From Trueperaceae bacterium (GTDB lineage Bacteria > Deinococcota > Deinococci > Deinococcales > Trueperaceae), in the NCBI GenBank assembly GCA_965213925.1, contig OZ243927.1:2208001-2272000 (forward strand): 64,000 bases of DNA. Direction: 5' to 3'. This document shows, piece after piece, positions 62,114 through 64,000 of this stretch (positions are counted from its first letter, which is position 1; each line of letters begins with the position of its first letter). Both the position numbers and the translations under genes were made by a program. The notes beneath the pieces are model-generated. The model saw only the letters and a program-made list of their open reading frames with translations. It ran no database searches and had not been told where the DNA came from.

Positions 62114-63127
62114 TTAGCTCCCTTCGTTCGTCAGGCTGAACTGCGCGGGGTCGAACTCCGCCGGGACGGTCTCGTCTAAGACGCGCACGACGTCTAGGTC
62201 GGTACGCTGCTCGAGCCGCGCTCCCGTCAGCGTCACGCCTTGCGCCTCGTTGACCGAGGTGGCGGGCGAGCCGATGACCTCGGCGCGGGAGGCCTCGTCG
62301 TTGAAATATACCGTGTCGCCCGTGCTGGTGATGTCGCCGTCCACGATGGTCACGTTGCCCGTCGCTAGGAGCGTGTCGTCGGCGGTGTTCGTGCGGATGA
62401 CGTCGGCGGTGATGGTCAAGACGCCGTCTTCGCTCTCACGGCGGGCGGTGACCTGCTCGCCTTCGCTCGAGAGCCTCGCCAAATCGCGTCCCTCTTCGAA
62501 GGTCAGCTCCTGCGCCTGAGCGCTCTGGTTGCCGTTTGTAAGCGTCACGTCGCCCCGGCTGACGCTCGTATCCGTGTCTACGTCGAAAGTGACTTCGTTC
62601 GCGCTGATATTTACAGGTGCACTATCTTCTTCGGGACCCTCTTCGGCAGGCGTCACCACGATGTCCGTGTTCGACGGCATCACGCCTAAACCCGTCGATT
62701 CGCTGTAGACGAGGTCGGGTCCGGTCGCCGTCAGGCGACCTCTCTCCACGCGCACGCCGCCCGTGAATTCCGCCTCGCGCTGCCCTTCAGCTTGCGCGAT
62801 GAGCACCTCTTCGGGCGCGCTGAGCTGGGCATTTTGCGCGTAAATCGTGAGGTTCGAGACCGTCGCGACGAGCCCTTCGGGGTCGGGGTGCGTGTAGACC
62901 AGGGGACCGTAGCGCAAGCTCTCGCTGCGCTGCGAGCCGCCGCTAAAGTCGATGTTGATGATGCGCTCCTCGGCGGCTTCGCGGGCGTCGTCCTGGGCGT
63001 TCTCTTCGTCGGTCTCTTCCTGTTCGGGGTTCGTGGGTTGGGTCTCGCCCTGTCCCGTATCTTGCGCAAGGACGAAGAGGCTTGTGATGAGAAGGAAGAG
63101 TAAAGTTGTGCGTAATGCTTTAAGCAT
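62114..63127 (-). CDS. LptA/OstA-like beta-jellyroll protein
   Basis: Signal peptide, FTGGVRV, ATGNVTI, GDTVYFN, IGSPA; ATG at 63127 with AAGGAG. Confidence 0.72.
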   Translation of the reverse strand: MLKALRTTLLFLLITSLFVLAQDTGQGETQPTNPEQEETDEENAQDDAREAAEERIINIDFSGGSQRSESLRYGPLVYTHPDPEGLVATVSNLTIYAQNAQLSAPEEVLIAQAEGQREAEFTGGVRVERGRLTATGPDLVYSESTGLGVMPSNTDIVVTPAEEGPEEDSAPVNISANEVTFDVDTDTSVSRGDVTLTNGNQSAQAQELTFEEGRDLARLSSEGEQVTARRESEDGVLTITADVIRTNTADDTLLATGNVTIVDGDITSTGDTVYFNDEASRAEVIGSPATSVNEAQGVTLTGARLEQRTDLDVVRVLDETVPAEFDPAQFSLTNEGS

Positions 63128-63141
63128 GGCGGGCTCCTTGG

Positions 63142-63277
63142 ATAGCATAATGTTTGAGGTCCTGATTTTGTATCACGCAAGCATCATCTGTGGATGTGCG
63201 TGCTAAGGAATGACTTGTCTTCTGATTGCGTTTGTGACCAGCTCCGAGCTTTGCGAGACAGACTTTGATACCTGCTA
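63142..63277 (-). mobile_element. Repeat family 1 copy H
   Basis: Reverse complement TAGCAGGTATCAAAGTCTGTCT ... TTAGCACGCAC-N7-GATGATGCTTGCGTGA ... TGCTAT; 21-bp exact match with copy G. Confidence 0.8.
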
Positions 63278-63832
63278 CTGCGCCTCTTGGTCCCGAAACT
63301 CGTTCTGGCACACTGCGCTATCACAGAGGGCTTCGTAGTCGGTGAGGTTGAAATTCATGCGGACGTTCTCGGCGTGGTTTTGCCCCAAACCGTCTCCTGT
63401 ATAGTCCAAAATCGGCACCTCGAACTTACCCTCCGCTTGGTCGATGACCACCTGGCGCTCCTCGCCCGCTTGCATGGTGAGGTCCCAGTTGGCTTCGACA
63501 AGGTGCACGAGCATCTGCTCGCCGCGCAAGTTGTCTTCGGTGTCGATGACGACCTCGTCGGACTGCAAGGTGAAGTCGGTCGCGCCGTCCACCGTACGGC
63601 GGGCGTCGTCCACGCTGTAGAGCGTGGTTTCGCCGACCACTGGGTCGTAGTCCACGCTGTCGGCGTCGAAGTACCAGACGGCTTCGGGGTCGGCTTGCGG
63701 GTAGAGGGTGACGCGGGCGTCACTCAGCTCGATGACCTCGCCGGGTACGGCGCGTTCTTCTTGCGGCAAGAGCGCGACGACGAGAAGGCCAACGACGGTG
63801 AGCGCCAGGGCGATAGCGGTAAGTCTAAGCAC
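63275..63832 (-). CDS. LptC-like membrane-anchored periplasmic protein
   Basis: Single N-terminal TM helix then beta-rich domain, upstream of two LptA-like genes; GTG start with GGAGG. Confidence 0.55.
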   Translation of the reverse strand: MLRLTAIALALTVVGLLVVALLPQEERAVPGEVIELSDARVTLYPQADPEAVWYFDADSVDYDPVVGETTLYSVDDARRTVDGATDFTLQSDEVVIDTEDNLRGEQMLVHLVEANWDLTMQAGEERQVVIDQAEGKFEVPILDYTGDGLGQNHAENVRMNFNLTDYEALCDSAVCQNEFRDQEAQ

Positions 63833-64000
63833 CCTCCCAATGTAGCAGTTCGGGGCGGTGAGAAGCGTGACATGACGTTAAAGATTTGTCCTGTGAACCT
63901 TTACACATCGCGCAAGCTGTGCTAGTATAAGAATTTGCTGTGTAGACTACACGCTCGAGCTTCATGTTGCCTTACACTAGAAAGAGCGTGAAGACGCCTA

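Overview
GC-rich bacterial chromosomal segment, most likely Deinococcota (Truepera-like; inferred from GyrB sequence style and gene content, not from a search). About 55 CDS: sugar use (GH38 mannosidase, LacI-regulated ABC + GH32 locus, amylosucrase + SSS symporter), argF-argC-argJ, an RNA ligase + HD-polynucleotide kinase + SorC/DeoR-family operon, tandem sulfotransferase paralogs, htrA, lepB, pgl, gyrB, purE/purK, SUA5, ldh, menG/ubiE, two Met-rich fasciclin proteins, a Wzc-like kinase, miaA and an LptC/LptA-like trio. No rRNA, tRNA, CRISPR array or transposase was seen. The most striking signals are non-coding: (1) a dispersed ~115-145 bp repeat family (8 copies, two 100% identical) with TA-flanked TAGCA...TGCTA ends, an internal stem with compensatory and G-U pairs, and a fixed-spacing core motif; (2) a second small repeat family with ATACGGATTCCG-type ends, one copy hosting a nested insertion of the first; (3) a third 166-bp MITE with a 5-bp target duplication that disrupts an AT-rich HsdR_N-like nuclease pseudogene; (4) roughly 10-fold enrichment of the palindrome CTCGAG (counted by eye in the first 5 kb).
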